Below, one piece after another: positions 12,400 to 27,550 of a stretch of DNA of 64,000 bases (its first letter is position 1; the number at the start of each line of letters is the position of its first letter). The notes beneath the pieces were generated by a model that was given only the letters and a program-made list of their open reading frames with translations, did not search any database and was not told the origin of the DNA. This DNA is from Octopus vulgaris. Lineage: Eukaryota. Location of the stretch: contig OX597815.1 in NCBI GenBank assembly GCA_951406725.2, positions 156,178,001 to 156,242,000 on the forward strand. The letters are read 5' to 3'. The position numbers and the translations under genes were made by a program.

Positions 12400-14720
12400 G
12401 AAATTAACCGTGAATTTGTAGAGATAACAACTTAAAGAAATTGAAAACAGATTAGAAACCAGCGAAATATCATACCTCGCACAGTGGCTTAATCAAACTA
12501 GCTATGTATTAGAAATATAGCAACAAAAAAAAAATGCAACTGATATATCAGCCTCAAAGCAAATAATGTACACAACAGCATGTGGAGTAAGCAGATCAGT
12601 AGACGTAGAAATAAGGAAGATAACTAGAAGATCCGAACGGGGTTCTGTTCGAAAACAAAAGATTCAACAGGAGATGAATTACTAGAGGAAATATATACAT
12701 ATCTAGTATAAGTGAGAACTCAGAAAGATACACCACTGAAATTACACAACTTAAAATTCGCGACAGAACTAGAGAAGACTCATACAATTTCATAGGCCAA
12801 ATATTAAAGTTTATACATGAAGTGATATCAGAGGATGACTACAGAAACAGAACTTACTGCTTTCATGGACTTTGGACAAACAGTGTATCATGTCCATGGA
12901 TTCTTGAGTCCAAACAAATATAGACATTATCACCAGTGATTATAGGGCGTTCATGAAAGCAGCATGCGAAAATGAAAACCAAAATGTCCAAAATCATAAT
13001 TCATATAAAGTGTTAATTTTACAAGATTTGGTTACAATGTTAGTTATATCTTACTTTGGCTAGCCATAAGCTGTGAAAATAGCTATTACAAGATTGGTAA
13101 CGAGGGGGATCATCCATTTACTACGCACGAGTGACACGTTATATGCCGATTACGGGGCACAGTTCATGAATTTTGCGGGAATAGTTGAGTGTAACTGATA
13201 TCTTGGTAGTGGGGTCAGCAAAGATGAAAAGATGCAACATGACATAATGACAGAGAGAAATGAAATAGACCCAACAGATTAAAATAATCCTAAAACATGA
13301 AATCAGCTCGAAAACTAAAATAAAAACTATGAAAACACAAGCAGGATCAACAATAAGTCATAGTTTCAGTGTGGGAAACTGGAATACGCAAAAAAATAAG
13401 AAAAGGAAAACTTAACACAAAACCAGATGGCTATTGATAAAATATAGACAACACCGAGAAACTGACACATCGTATGTATAACTTAAGTGTGATGGTAGAA
13501 CAATTTATGGTGGTATATGACACCTCTGCATCGAGAATAGATCCTTATAACAAAAAGCAAAACTTCACTACTATAAGGTTCCAAATACGACAAAAATGAA
13601 AGATTGCATTTATTACTCAAACAATTTCAGGAATAGATGTTTCACTCTCACATTTCTCAAAAACCACAAACATGGTTAGCACGATGCACATGCAATGCAG
13701 AAAGATATAGACAGGAAAAAGGATCTGAGGAAGAATTAAAACAAAGATGATTGATCGAGAAAAGGAAAAGAGAACATAAACTGAAATGTTTCATGAGCGA
13801 TTCCCAAACGATTAAACAAACTGGATTGTAACAAACAACAGAACCGCAATTGAATCCTAGGATTTCAGTTGAAAAGAATGACCGAAGTTCTGACAATTTC
13901 GACTCATGAGCAGTGTGGTCAAATTAGAGGTATCAAATCTAAATAATTAGCAAATATGTTTCTTTATTACCCACAAGGGGCTAAACATAGAGGGGACAAA
14001 CAAGGGCAGAAAAACGGATTAAGCCGATTACATCGACCCCAGTGCATAACTGGTACTTAATTTTATCGACCCCTAAAGGATGAAAGGCAAAGTCGACCTC
14101 GGCGGAATTTGAACTCAGAACGTAACGGCAGACGAAATACGGCTATGCATTTCGCCCGGCGTGCTAACGGTTCTGCCAGCTCACCGCCTTCACCAATAAT
14201 TAGCAAATATTAGAGGTATCAAACCAGCTGTATTAATCAGAATATATCAGAAGTGCGAACAAGATAGTTACTTACCCTCATCATAAGGGATATATGGAAA
14301 TGAGAGCTCTAATTGTAGAAAAATAACATAATCTTGTCTGAAAAATTAGTAGATAAGGAAAGCAGTGTAATTATCCAAGGACATAGCAATTAGATAACAA
14401 CAAACCGAGGGGACATCTTTATAAGAGAAAGAGATCCTAGACTTGTACATTAATTCATGTAGCTTGCTTAAACAACAATAACAACTCGATAGAAAATAAA
14501 TGTTGGAAAGCTGCTTAGGGATTAAAACAGTATATAATAGGGACATTAGAATACTCCTTGTCTGTATGGGAGAGATTGGGATTGAAAAACTACGTAGGAA
14601 GTAATGGAGAGAATTGCCTGAGAGATCTTCAATGTACGAAGTTCAGTAAGTAACGCTTTTATGGATTGCCAACGCTCTACTTGCGATACTGTCTATAGAG
14701 TAATGAAAAGGAAGACTTAT
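12400..14720 (+). mobile_element. Decayed RLE-type LINE interrupted by a SINE
   Basis: The 3' end translates approximately to NRGDIFIRE...SSMYEVQ*VTLLWIANALLAILS, similar to the C-terminus of the 18553-19239 ORF (PSLQEVQKIVLTGISHVLRRALS). 5' boundary uncertain. Confidence 0.5.
13958..14194 (-). mobile_element. Young tRNA-derived SINE, family B, with 16-bp TSD
   Basis: Head GGCGGTGAGCTGGCAGAACCGTTAG and B-box GAGTTCAAATTCC. TSD AATAATTAGCAAATAT at 13942-13957 and 14195-14210. Confidence 0.9.
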
Positions 14721-14789
14721 AACACAAAATATTCTACTTTAGATCTCCAGAAAGGGTCCGATTGAATACAGAATATGTACCCTTAGCAA

Positions 14790-15210
14790 AATAATAATAG
14801 CCAGTAATTTTAGGAGAGGCACGTCCAAGACATCGACCCCACTACTTCACTAGTATTTTATTGTATCGCTTCCAGAGAGATGAAAGGCAAAATTTACGCC
14901 GGCGGAATTTGAACGCAGAATGCAACGAACCGGATTAAATATCATAAGGAACATTTTCTCTGACACTAATTGTTCTGCCAGCTCACCGTCCTAATAATTA
15001 TCCTTTCTACTAAAGGCACAAGGCCTGAAATGTTGGGGGACGGTACTAGTTGATTATATCGACCCCAGTGCTCAACTGGTACCTAATTTACTGATTCCCA
15101 AAAAGGATGACCGGCAAAGTTGACCTCGATCGAATTTGAACTCAGAATGTGAGGACGGACAAAATGCTGCTAAGCATATAGCCTTGTGTACTAGGGATTC
15201 TGCCAGCTCA
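14790..15210 (-). mobile_element. Two tandem family-B SINEs
   Basis: Two adjacent copies (about 14790-14992 and 14998-15210), each with TTCTGCCAGCTCA and GAATTTGAAC.CAGAA. Confidence 0.8.
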
Positions 15211-15224
15211 TGATGATGATGATG

Positions 15225-15288
<64 letters not shown>

Positions 15289-15544
15289 TAACAGGCTGGA
15301 TGTGACATCGGCTGGACGTGTTCTTCGCTGCTCTGACCTGTCAGCAGCTGAAGACACAGAAACACTTATACAATCCAACAGAACAACTGAAAAATAACTC
15401 TAAAAAACTGGAATATCAACAGTTTCTTGTGAGTATTTTGAATTTCCCTCAAAATAAGTTAAGGAACTTACTTATCTACAGCTTTCGAACACATAAACAA
15501 TCAGTTTTAAAACCTTTAATATCTACACCTGCAATTACCTAACA

Positions 15545-15915
15545 TTACCTTTCCCCCTGAGTATTCGAAAATGCAAACATCCTCTTTATTCCAAGACCAC
15601 TACAGTTTTTTCTGTTCGGACAGACAAAAGATCATCTCCAGTAAATTTTTTACACTTCATATCTACAATTTTCTGTGAAAAAATTATACCTTCCTTTTCT
15701 ATCGGTTCCTTTATCCCTGAATATTCGAAAATGTAAGCATCCTGTTTATTGTAAAAAAAAAAAAACACACCACAATTTTCTCTGAACGGACATACAAGCG
15801 AGCACCTCAAACAATTCAGAAATTTTAATATCTCCAATTTTATGTCAACATTTTCGTCTTACCTTCTTCCATGACTAACAGAATATGTAAACATGCCTTT
15901 TTATTGTAACAAATG
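15545..15915. repeat. Degenerate tandem repeat, about 157-160-bp unit, 2.3 copies
   Basis: CCTGA(G/A)TATTCGAAAATG(C/T)AA(A/G)CATCCT..TTTATT recurs at about 15556 and 15716, and in diverged form at about 15870. Confidence 0.65.
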
Positions 15916-15949
15916 TACGATAAAAATTTATGGAAGTAAGCATCTGCCA

Positions 15950-17225
15950 ATATATACATACTGCTCTAAAGATCAGCTACTAATCAAGAAAGCTATAACT
16001 GAAGACAGCCGCAGAAAGAAGAAGGGTCTAAGTATGGCCTGTATAGATTACCGAAAGGCTTTTGATAATATTCCCCACACATGAATCCTAGAAACACTAG
16101 CAATGAACAAGGTTGCAACAATAATCGTAAAATATATAAAACATTCCATGAGTTAATGACAGACAGAGCTACAGGTCCAGACAAAAGAGGGACTCACAAA
16201 AATCAAAGCCATCCCCATTAGAAGAAGAATATTTCAAGGAGACACGTTCCCACCACTCCTTTTGTGCTTTGCACTGACACCTTTATCTGACATGCTAAAG
16301 AATAAAGCATATAACAACTGTTACCGCAAAACAATCAGCCACCTCTTATACATGAATAATATAAAACTGTACGCTACAAATGATAAACAGACAGTACATG
16401 GATTTACCAAAGAAATAAGCACGAAATTTGGCTTAGAAAATGTGCCAAAGCAACCTTGAAAAGAGGAAAACTAGTTAAGAGTAGCAACGTCACATTAGAT
16501 AAACCAAATGAAATAATTAGATCAAAGCCAGACATACAAATATTTAGGAATCTATGAACTAGTTACGATACAACACACACAAATGAAAGAGAAGAGAAGA
16601 AAAGAACACTATAGACGAGTTAGATTAATACTGAAAACAGGGTTCAATGTGTACAACAAAATAAGATGCATTAAAAGTCTAGCCGCCCCAGTTCTAAGTT
16701 ACAGCTATAATATTCTTAACTAGACTCTAAATGAACTGATCAAAATAGACATGAAAACAAGAAAAATAATGACAGGATTTAGGATGCACCACTCGAAATC
16801 TGACATAGAAATGTTATATATACAATATATCGAAGTTGGCAGAAGCCTTATACAGCTAGAAAACTATTACAAAATAACCACCATTTGACAATAGAAATAC
16901 CTACTTTAGAAGCAAGGATAACTAATACAAATAGCCACAAAACGCGGAGAGAACAAAAATCTGTTTTCAGTCTTTAATGAAGCTGACAAATACAAAAAGA
17001 ATTCACAGTACCTAATAATTATGAACAAAAATAAAAAGCAAGAAAAGCTATAAAACAACTGAAATCCAAACTAAAACTGGAACAGCAACGGATCATGATA
17101 AAACGATGGTAAGAAAAACCCCTTAATGGCAAATATCGGGTTAAACTAAACATAAGAAATAGACAAAGAAAATTCTAACAATGGCTGAGAAGCGCAGGAC
17201 TCGAAGCAGAGAAAGAAATTGATTC
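15950..17225 (+). pseudogene. Degenerate reverse transcriptase of an R4/Dong-like LINE
   Basis: LSMACIDYRKAFDNIPH, IFQGDTFPPLL and ISHLLYMNNIKLY (YMDD equivalent), with stops and frameshifts. Confidence 0.85.
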
Positions 17226-17429
17226 TGAACGATTCCATGCTGAATGAAGCAAGAGAAACAACAGCATTTGACATTTTTGGTACTGACTGCCACTACTAGT
17301 TACGTTATAAGGAAAGTTCGCTTCTTTAACAATAAAAGGGACAATGGTCACTTCTCTGTTGTGAAAAAAAAAAAAAACAGACCGCAATGTATCAATAGTC
17401 TATAGACGAAATCCAACAAAATTCTTTTG

Positions 17430-17900
17430 AAGAGGCATTATTGACTTAGCGAAACTACACTACATATGCCTGTCCACTCAGTTTCAACCTCTTCAAGAAA
17501 AAAGCTCTTTGGTATTCACATGAATATCTACTTTTCTTGTAATATGCCAATTATATACTGTTGAATTTTAACATTGTTTACCATAAGAAAAAGGACAATA
17601 AGGTTATCGACATTGTAATACCAGATAACTATAATTTCGTGCAGTGGCACGATGAAAAAAAGAATCATACCACTCAGCTGTTGTAATAAAACCATTATGG
17701 CAGTAAAGGAATGTGCTTATGCATCTTATTTGGACTGATATACAATGACTTCTGTGTAGGTATTGATATATTACCTTTAAAGATAAACATAGGTTGGTTT
17801 CAGAAAATGACAATATTAGATCATTTCGCATAGTATTTATTAAGCATGAAATATTTTTATGTAAGTTTTTCAAGATGCACCTCATTCGTGCTTGAAAAAA
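17430..17900 (+). mobile_element. Old RLE LINE 3' fragment
   Basis: About 17590-17640 reads IDIVIPDNYNF, resembling the RLE LIDxxIPxDxN motif. Confidence 0.35.
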
Positions 17901-17934
17901 CAGAAACACTCGCAATAATGATAATAATAATATT

Positions 17935-18150
17935 AATCTTTTCCACTAAAGGCACAAAGCCTGATATTTGAGAGGAGGAGCCCAGTCGATTATATCGATC
18001 CCAATGTTTTACTGGTAGTTATTTTATCGATCCCGAAAGGATGAAAGCCAATGTCGACCTCGGCGCAATTTGAAATTAGTACGTAGCAACGGGTGAAGTA
18101 CTGCTAAGCATTTCGTCCACACCGGTAACGATTCTACCAGCTCGCTGCCT
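17935..18150 (-). mobile_element. SINE, family B
   Basis: Matches the 13958 copy (GAAAGGATGAAAG..GTCGACCTCGGC..ATTCTACCAGCTCG). Confidence 0.85.
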
Positions 18151-18154
18151 TGAT

Positions 18155-19405
<1,251 letters not shown>

Positions 19406-19416
19406 AAATAATAATA

Positions 19417-19497
<81 letters not shown>

Positions 19498-19499
<2 letters not shown>

Positions 19500-19852
19500 C
19501 GGCAGATGACAACGTGTCTCTAAAAGAAATGGAGAAACTCTCAAAATACAAAGACCTGGAAATAGAGGTAACTAGAATGTGGAATCTGAAAACAGAAACA
19601 ATTCCTATCATAGTAGGTGCATTAGGCATGATAAAAAAATATTCAGACAAATACATAACAAAAACACCAGGACTTACAAACACATATAACATACAGAAAA
19701 TTGCACTACTAGGCACTGCACACATCCTACGCAGAACACTTTCCATACAATAACCATCAGAGCATCACAACAAATCACAGCACATACCCAAGGAACAGAG
19801 AGCTGCGCTCGGTAGTGAAGTGAAAGCACGCTATAAAAATAAAACTACTGAA
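19498..19852 (+). mobile_element. 3' end of a second R4/Dong-like LINE family
   Basis: PADDNVSLKEMEKLSKYKDLEIEVTRMW..PIIVGALG..IQKIALLGTAHILRRTL, then a different 3'UTR and (TAA)n. Confidence 0.9.
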
Positions 19853-19869
19853 TAATAATAATAATAATA

Positions 19870-20423
19870 AATGCCCTGATGCAATACCAGACAGTGGCTC
19901 TCATGGTCTCTCATCTTAACTGACTGAAAGTATTACCATGTGCATTGTTTTGTCCTAGTATAAAAGATGGGCTACATTTATAAACATTCTGCTCAATACC
20001 ACGGATTTGCCTGTCAGTTGTATGATTTTAACTAGTGGAACATGTCCCTTAGTGGCTGACGATATGTACATCTCTTATCACGATCAGAAGTTGTGGAAGA
20101 GCATCATAGCCATGTGTTGAGAGGATTTGTTCGGGGTTTGAATAATTCCCATTTGGAAACATGAGTGTGTCACTCACCATACTTAAATAAACTTATTCAG
20201 GGACCTTTCGAGAGGAATGGTTACTCAACCTGATGAAAATTCTAACTGGGCCCCACCTGCAAGGTTATGTGCTGTTTATATAAGATTACCATGTTGCGCA
20301 CATCTGGTTGTGATGCATGTGCCTGGTGTATCCTTATCAGACAGGTAGTCATGATGGGAATACTGGGCTTCATATAATTGTACCCCAGTGTCACTTTGAT
20401 GGGCATGCACTGCTTGCTTTTTC
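19870..20423. mobile_element. About 550-bp non-coding repeat embedded in (TAA)n; partial second copy at 20531-20600
   Basis: Both copies begin TGCCCTGA(T/C)GCA(A/G)TAC directly after (TAA)n. No ORF and no tRNA head. Confidence 0.6.
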
Positions 20424-20531
<108 letters not shown>

Positions 20532-20619
20532 TGCCCTGACGCAGTACTAGGCAGTAGCTCTCATGCCTTTTGATCTTAACTGATTGAAAGAGTGAACACT
20601 TGACGATACTCTAAGTACC

Positions 20620-21870
20620 ATATGCCATGCCTTGGTATGCGGTCGAGATTTTTGGAAGTGCAAGTCTCAGAAACGGATACCACACTTACTTATCGTCAAG
20701 GAAGCGCATGAGATGGCGTAGCCACAGTGCTTCTTTGCTACATCATGTCTATCCCTCCATTCAGTGGGTTTTGACAACAAATGGAGCGCCAGAACAATAG
20801 AATGCGTCCCCTCCACAGCAAGCTGAAGATTACGTGCTTCAGTTTGATCAGACGTAAACTGAGGCAAGATATGTCGGTCAGGCGATATTATACGACAGAG
20901 GTAACGTGAGCATTCGCTACATCTTTCAGCGATGGTCTTCTATCGGTCCATTTCTGGGGGGAGACTGGAAAATCTTGCTCGTCCCTTCGTCCCAGTTCTT
21001 CTCCAACTAGAGATCCGGACCAAACCAGATATTGCCCAATTTAAGTGGTCCTCCGTACAGCGTCCTATGATGTTATTAGATAGATCGGATCTGCCTGTCC
21101 AGGTACCGAGCTGCAGGCCTACTGACTTTTCTAGATTAAGTTTTGATCCTGTCACCGTCTCTTATTCACTTAGAGAAGAGCCGACCATGTCTATGTGCTC
21201 GGGTTCGACACTATGACGGTGACATCAGCGTATGCCGACACGGTTCTTCCACGTCATTGTTCGCGTGGAATGCCTCTCAACATCCTCAATTTCTGTAGTA
21301 GTGGTTCTAGAACCTTTGATTACAGAAAAGATGAGAGGGGACACTCTTGATGGGGAAAGCGCTTGATGTTGAATGGTTCCTATGGGTAACCATTCACCCC
21401 GAACTACCGAGCAGTGATCCAGCCACAAGAAACGGAAGCGAAACCGGCCGCCGTGAGAAAGGGTGCCAAGTATTGGTGGTCGATACTATTGTAGTCATTA
21501 AACTGATCAAAATTGCTCAGGGCTCCAATCATATCAGCTTTTTAGTCATCCTGTCTATGTCGCATGAGGTGGTGGTTGATGTTGACCGATCTGGTGGTTG
21601 TTGTTGACTCGTCACCAATCAGTTCCTCGACGACAAGTGCTAACCTATTTGCTAACACTCTGGTAAAAATTTTGAAATCTGCGTTCATCAGCGTCATGAG
21701 CCTAATTTTTGTTTTTAAATTCCCTTGTTTGGGTTCTTTCTCAGTAGTGCCACCGCTCCTCGACTCAGAAAATTCTCCCATTCAGCTTACCAGTAACAGT
21801 AGATATTTGTTAAGAGGCCTTCAAGTCTGGCTCGAGTACCGTGCACCCCTATTGGTCCACTAAAGACCGG
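20620..21870 (-). pseudogene. Degenerate L1/Tx1-clade LINE reverse transcriptase
   Basis: IRLMTLMNADFKIFTRVLANRLALVVEELIG (RPIxLLNxDYKI..KxLANRL type) and TGSKLNLEKSVGLQLGTW. Confidence 0.8.
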
Positions 21871-22461
21871 ATTGTGTCACTCAATATTTTTTCTGTGAAA
21901 TCAGCTTTCTCCATTTTCTGACAAACTTGTGCGAAGCCGTTACCATTTTGATTAGAAATAAGAATGGCCGCTGTTGTAGTATTATTTATGTTTGTGTTGG
22001 TGCTGTCAGTGGTAGTCCTGATGTTGGAGATGGTGGTGAAGGTCGTGCTGCGTCATTTTGGAATGTATTCCAATCGCCGCTACTACTGCTGCTTCTGTTG
22101 CTATTGTTCTTCTTCTTGCTGCTGCTGCTACCGTTGTTGTTGTTGCTGCTGCTGTCTATGCTTCGCTTCTCGACCATACACATCAACTACTGATGGGAAA
22201 ACAATGTCATTGCGCCAGTTTGGAAAATCATATTAATACTTCTTGCTTAGAAATTTCATTTTAAAATCTCTCCAGATCAGCTTGTATCGTTTGCAGAGTG
22301 CAGGGTTATTTAGTTAACAATTCTACAAAATTTTGAATAGCAACTAATAAAACGAAACATTTTGAAGAAAACTTACGAGCATCTACTCCTTGCAAACACA
22401 AATAAAAGCAGCAAAAACAGCAACCGCAACAACTACAACATCAATAATAATAATAATAATG

Positions 22462-22522
<61 letters not shown>

Positions 22523-22527
<5 letters not shown>

Positions 22528-23070
22528 TGTAACGATTCTGTGGGACTTTCCAGTACATACAGACCGAACCCTCAAAGCCAATAAACCGGATATTGTTGTG
22601 AAAGATCAAAACAATAAAGTTTGCTCATTGATCGACATGAGTATCCCCTGTGATCATAATATCTCGGCGAAAGAGTTTGACAAGCTCAGAAAATATAAAG
22701 ACCTGCTCATTGAAATTGAGAAAATATGGCATCTCAAGGCGGTTATAATTCCAGTGATTGTAGGAGCACTAGGAATGATCAAGAAGGGAACCGGAAATTA
22801 TATGAGAATGATCCCTGGCTTACCATCCCTGCAAGAAGTGCAAAAGATTGTCTTAACTGGTACATCACACGTATTGAGAAGAGCATTGTCGATGTGAGAA
22901 CTATTACTACCCATGTATTTTAATTTAACTTTATTTCTATCATAAAAAAAATGAACGAACTAGTGAGTTTAGTTTAATGACCTACCAATGTATAATATGA
23001 GTTTCTTTGCCCTAGGAGTCGGGAAGACACTCGGCAAGAAATGGAAGCAAATTTGAAAGAAGAAGAAAAA
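22523..23070 (+). mobile_element. Shorter 5'-truncated copy of the 18339 LINE family
   Basis: Nearly identical to 18866-19405 including the 3'UTR; preceded by (TAA)n. Confidence 0.92.
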
Positions 23071-23324
23071 AAAAATAATAAAAATAATATGCTGAAATAA
23101 AGAAGTATATACGGAAATAATGTAAGACAAAGTGGTAGTCAATAAAAATATAATGAAAACAATGATAATAATGTCAATAATGAGCATTTAATAACCATAA
23201 TTGCTAGTATAAATCTGATTGTATATGTTTTAAGTTCATAAATTGAGCCAAGTTTTCCATCTCAACCACATGAATGATTTATGCAAATGATAGCGATATC
23301 ATATCAAATACAGAGATGTTATAT

Positions 23325-23544
23325 ACATCTTTTACATCTTTTACTAGATTCAATCATTTGACAGTGGCCATGCTAGAGCGCCGCCTTTAGTCGAGCAAAT
23401 CGATCTCTGGACTTATTCTTTATAAACCTAGTACTTATTCTATCGGACTCTTTATGTCGAACTGCTAAGTTACGGGGACGCAAACACACCAGCATCGGTT
23501 GTCAAGCGATGATGAGGGGGTGGGGGGCAAACACAGACATACAA

Positions 23545-23596
<52 letters not shown>

Positions 23597-23672
23597 GACG
23601 GGCATCTTTCAGTTCGCGTCTACAAAATCCACTCACAACGGCCCGAGGTTATAGTCGAAGACACTTGCCCAA
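23325..23672 (-). mobile_element. SINE, family A, lacking the tRNA head
   Basis: Reverse complement of about 3515-3850, including the internal (AT)n. Confidence 0.85.
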
Positions 23673-23747
23673 ACTTTTAACACCTATTCTCCACCTTTAA
23701 TTGTTGAGTTTTCTATCGGATATTTGTTCTATAAATACTCATGACAC

Positions 23748-23799
<52 letters not shown>

Positions 23800-24629
23800 A
23801 AGCACATTGTTACCAGCGATGTGCAACAACATCTGACAGCCTGGTCGATCACGGTGATCACGATGATATATATATATATATATACATACATACATATACA
23901 AGCACAAAAATCCACACACCCTCACACAACATATGCACGCAGACACACACACACATACACACACACACACACATACATATACACAGACACTTACAAGCGT
24001 AGGCTGAAGTCCCGGTATTTAACTTATACCAGTGGTAACCACTGACTTCTCACTTCTTAGCCTCCAGTGCTAACTGAAACATTGGTGTCAATTAAAAAAA
24101 CCTAGTTGTTTATTGTAATTTGAGCAGGGATGAAGAGGAATTCTATTGTTAACATTGACCATATGGTTAAAGATGATAAACAGGAAATATTGTTATTGAA
24201 ATATATCTACATATGTATATGTCAGATCACTCGCATGTAATCTAATAAATCGTGTTACACATTCGAGTTGTTGATAACTTAAACTGCATCTAAACAGGTT
24301 TGGTTGGGAAGGTTACTATAAACCTGACAGAACAGAGGTGGTCTTATCTAAAAGAAAAAGAAGAATGAACCCAACAAGAGGAAACAAATATTTAACAATA
24401 GTGCGCACGAACACAGAAATTTTCGACATGTTCAACATAGATTATAAAAACACTTTTCAAGTGACGACATCTTTGAGAAAGAGTAGTAAGAATCAAAACA
24501 TTTTCTGTGTTAACATACAGTGTTTCATTACTGCTTCTCATAACCATCGCGGAATTCCCAAATTACGTGTTATACTCAGTGGATTCGTATCTTAACTTTT
24601 AGCTATGTCCAAAATTTCACATTCTAAAC

Positions 24630-24885
24630 CAGTGGTTTCCAAAGTGGGCGGTGGACAAATCCATGGGGTGGGGCGCTGAAGAAAAATGGGATGACTAAAA
24701 TGGGACAATGGATGTAAAAAAATAAAGGGTTAATTATGTTAATATTTAATTGTGAAATATTGTTGTTTTGAATTTGCTTCAGAAAATGGCCTAATGGTCT
24801 ATGTGTGTGATGGTGTGTGGAGGAGGGCACTAGAAATGTGGCCTTAGAACCAAGTGGCGTTAGCCTGAAAAAGTTTGGGAACCAG
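24630..24885. mobile_element. hAT-like MITE
   Basis: Termini CAGTGGTTTCCAAAGT ... AAGTTTGGGAACCAG resemble hAT CAGTGGTTCCCAAAC TIRs. No clean 8-bp TSD. Confidence 0.55.
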
Positions 24886-24949
24886 ATACAAAGACGAAAT
24901 ATTGTTATATATTATCATTTAGAATCTAAACGATAATATATAAGCATAC

Positions 24950-25248
24950 TTTGTGTTTGTAAGTGGTTTGCAAGATACTTTATGTGAATTCGTGTGTTGA
25001 AGCAAATTTTGTTTTGTCTGGGGGGAGTCACAGTGTCTTAATGCCTTATTATCTAACGCAATCATCGGTTCTATTTATATTCATTTATTATTTTGTTTTC
25101 CTCCGTTAGAGTCAATATCCATTAATAGGTTGCAAAATCAACGAAAACTTTTGGGGAAAAATATAAATAGTAAATAAGTGGAAACTGAACAGGTGACTGT
25201 ATTAGATATTAAGGCATTAAGGCAGTACGACTCTTCCCAGACACAGTA
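24950..25248. mobile_element. Degenerate fold-back element related to 29378-30225
   Basis: GTCTGGGGGGAGTC..CTTAATGCCTTATTATCTAA versus TTAGATATTAAGGCATTAAG..GACTCTTCCCAGAC. Shares the left extension TTTGCAAGAT..TTTATGTGA(A/G)TTCGTGTGTT. Confidence 0.65.
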
Positions 25249-25270
25249 TAACAATGTTGTTAGGTACTTT

Positions 25271-25490
25271 AAGGTGATGAGCTGGTAGACTCGTTAGCAC
25301 TCTGGCCAAAATGCTTTGCGGTATTTCGTCTGTCTTTACATTCTTGAGTTGAAATTCCGCCGAGGTCGATGTTGCCTTTTATCATTTCAGGGTCGATAAA
25401 ATAAACACCAGCTGAGCTCTGGGGTCAATGTTATCGACTTTCCTGCTCCCATGATATCACTGGCCTTGTTCCAAAATTTGAAATCAATAC
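25271..25490 (+). mobile_element. SINE, family B
   Basis: GGTGATGAGCTGGTAGACTCGTTAG...AAATTCCGCCGAGGTCGAT...GGGTCGATAAAATAAA. Confidence 0.85.
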
Positions 25491-25869
25491 TGGTAGATAC
25501 TTTGAGTTGTTATCGTAAAAGAATGTATTATGTTTTTTGTGGAAATTATAGAACTAAGTGAAACAAATACTGAGACGGTTCTGACAGCCGTCATTCACGG
25601 AACTGGGTGGAACAGAAATAAGCTTTATGATTTTGTCATGTGTGAATTAGTTTCTGATTATATTCCTATTAGTTTCAATGTAAAAATTCCGCCCTGTAGT
25701 AAAATATCATAAAGCAACCTAATATAATTTAGTTATTCATGTTGGTACGTGTCAATTTTCTGCAAAGTATTAATAGATGCTGGTTTACTGGATTTCCCTT
25801 TCACGGTTGCTTATAAAATTCATCTTTAAATACGTATGCGAGAATCATGTTCTTACACTTAGGCACGCG

Positions 25870-25929
<60 letters not shown>

Positions 25930-26109
25930 GACTGGCTGGAGGAGATAGAAGGAAAGTGAGAGTGAGGGATTGCGAGAGAGATAGAGAGGGTTGCAGTGTT
26001 GCACGAGTTCCATTCTGTTTGGCTTTGTATCAATATATAATCTTAAATTCTACTCTGTCATACCTTGTACTAAGTTGGTAGACATATACGTTTGTTATGA
26101 ACCAACCAC

Positions 26110-26380
26110 AAAATACCAATTAAGATCTAATTAATAACAATCGTAATGAAAGATAAACTTGTGTACCATGAAGTGAGATTGTTTCTGATGTCAACAACTC
26201 TTCTGGATTTCCTATGTGTACAAGTACTCGTCACTGGTACTCATTAAGTTTCATTCTTCACTCTGATGTTCGATATCAAGTAATGAAATCCAATTTCGGA
26301 AGAAACTGTATAAGGATGCCATTTCGTTTTTGGCAAGATGGGACGCCGGGATGTTGATGAAAGGGATGAAAAATATCATA
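26110..26380 (-). pseudogene. Possible decayed Tc1/mariner transposase fragment
   Basis: Minus strand reads RRPILPKTKWHPYT, resembling the RILxxxKxHPY motif. A possible SDE-region relic (LLTSETISLHG) follows. Confidence 0.3.
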
Positions 26381-26445
26381 AAAGCGCGTGATAGAGATAT
26401 GAACATCATATAGAGTCAATTCTCCTGTAACTGAAGATACATCTG

Positions 26446-26510
<65 letters not shown>

Positions 26511-27550
26511 CGCGCGCGTGTATGTTGAAAAAGAAATCAATATTCACCATTCAGCTTATCAAAGGCAATTACATCCTCTTACAACACAATAGGTCACATG
26601 TTTTGAATCCATAGCGAACCTATCATGTATATACTATCTTAATTATGTCCCACAGACACCCTCGTGAGACGCTAATGCCTGATATACATTGTATCTCTTT
26701 TCTCCTCCATGTATCACGTGCAGTATACAAAATCAAGAGCATTGGCGATCTGAGATCAATAAAACGCTCAATTCACCTGAATAGAAAATCTAAACCTAAC
26801 GATGCCACTAGCTCAATCTAATTTTACAATACTACAAATCTTTGCAAATAATATTTTCTTTACAACTTCTGTATATATCTTTTTGACCGAACTATCTTTT
26901 ATGCTTTACGTTTCATAGTTCGTTGAAGAAGACAGAGCCAATGGCAGTGGTTAATGCTCTTTCTGTGGTTTTGTTGAGTTTAGCACAATTGATGTTTACT
27001 TTACATTGCTTCAGTAGGAAATATATGGACATGCGTGTAAATACAAAGATCGAGAGAAAGCGAGAGTAAGCGAGCGAGTGAGTGAGTGTGAGAGAGACAG
27101 AGACAGAGAGAGAGAAAGGTGGGGGGACAGATAGACAGAAAATTAGGGAAAACGGAAGGCAGAGGAAAAACGAGAGAAGGGAGACTAAATAGAAAGAATG
27201 AGAACGAGAGTAAATAGAAAGATGAAGATAGTGAAAGAGAGAAAGTAGCACTGTGTAAGGTGTTTACATCCATAACATAAGAGGTCATGTACTCTTAAGA
27301 CTGTGAACTGAAAAAAAAAATGGCAATTCAAACAAGTAAATGTGAGTGGAGATGACAGATTCAGTGTGGAGTTATGATTATGGTAGCGATAGAAGTTATA
27401 CAATAGCATTCTACTGCATAAAAGATTCTGATTGAATTAAGAAACCATTACTTTATTGGTATGGATTTAAAATGATAAATCAGAAACGGTTAAATATTGT
27501 TGAGCTCATACCTTTTTCTAAATTGCGTTGTTAATATGATCCAACAAAAT

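Noticed and set aside
15343-15370. CTGAAGA-CACA-GAAAC hammerhead-like string
   Set aside because: No stem II or stem I pairing and no valid stem III with a cleavage triplet.
21927-22264. Overlapping ORFs with poly-C/A/L/S/N tracts
   Set aside because: Degenerate (CTG/TTG)n trinucleotide repeat with no splice or homology support.
26745-26775. TGAGATCA bantam-like seed
   Set aside because: The remainder does not match bantam and there is no pre-miRNA-length hairpin.
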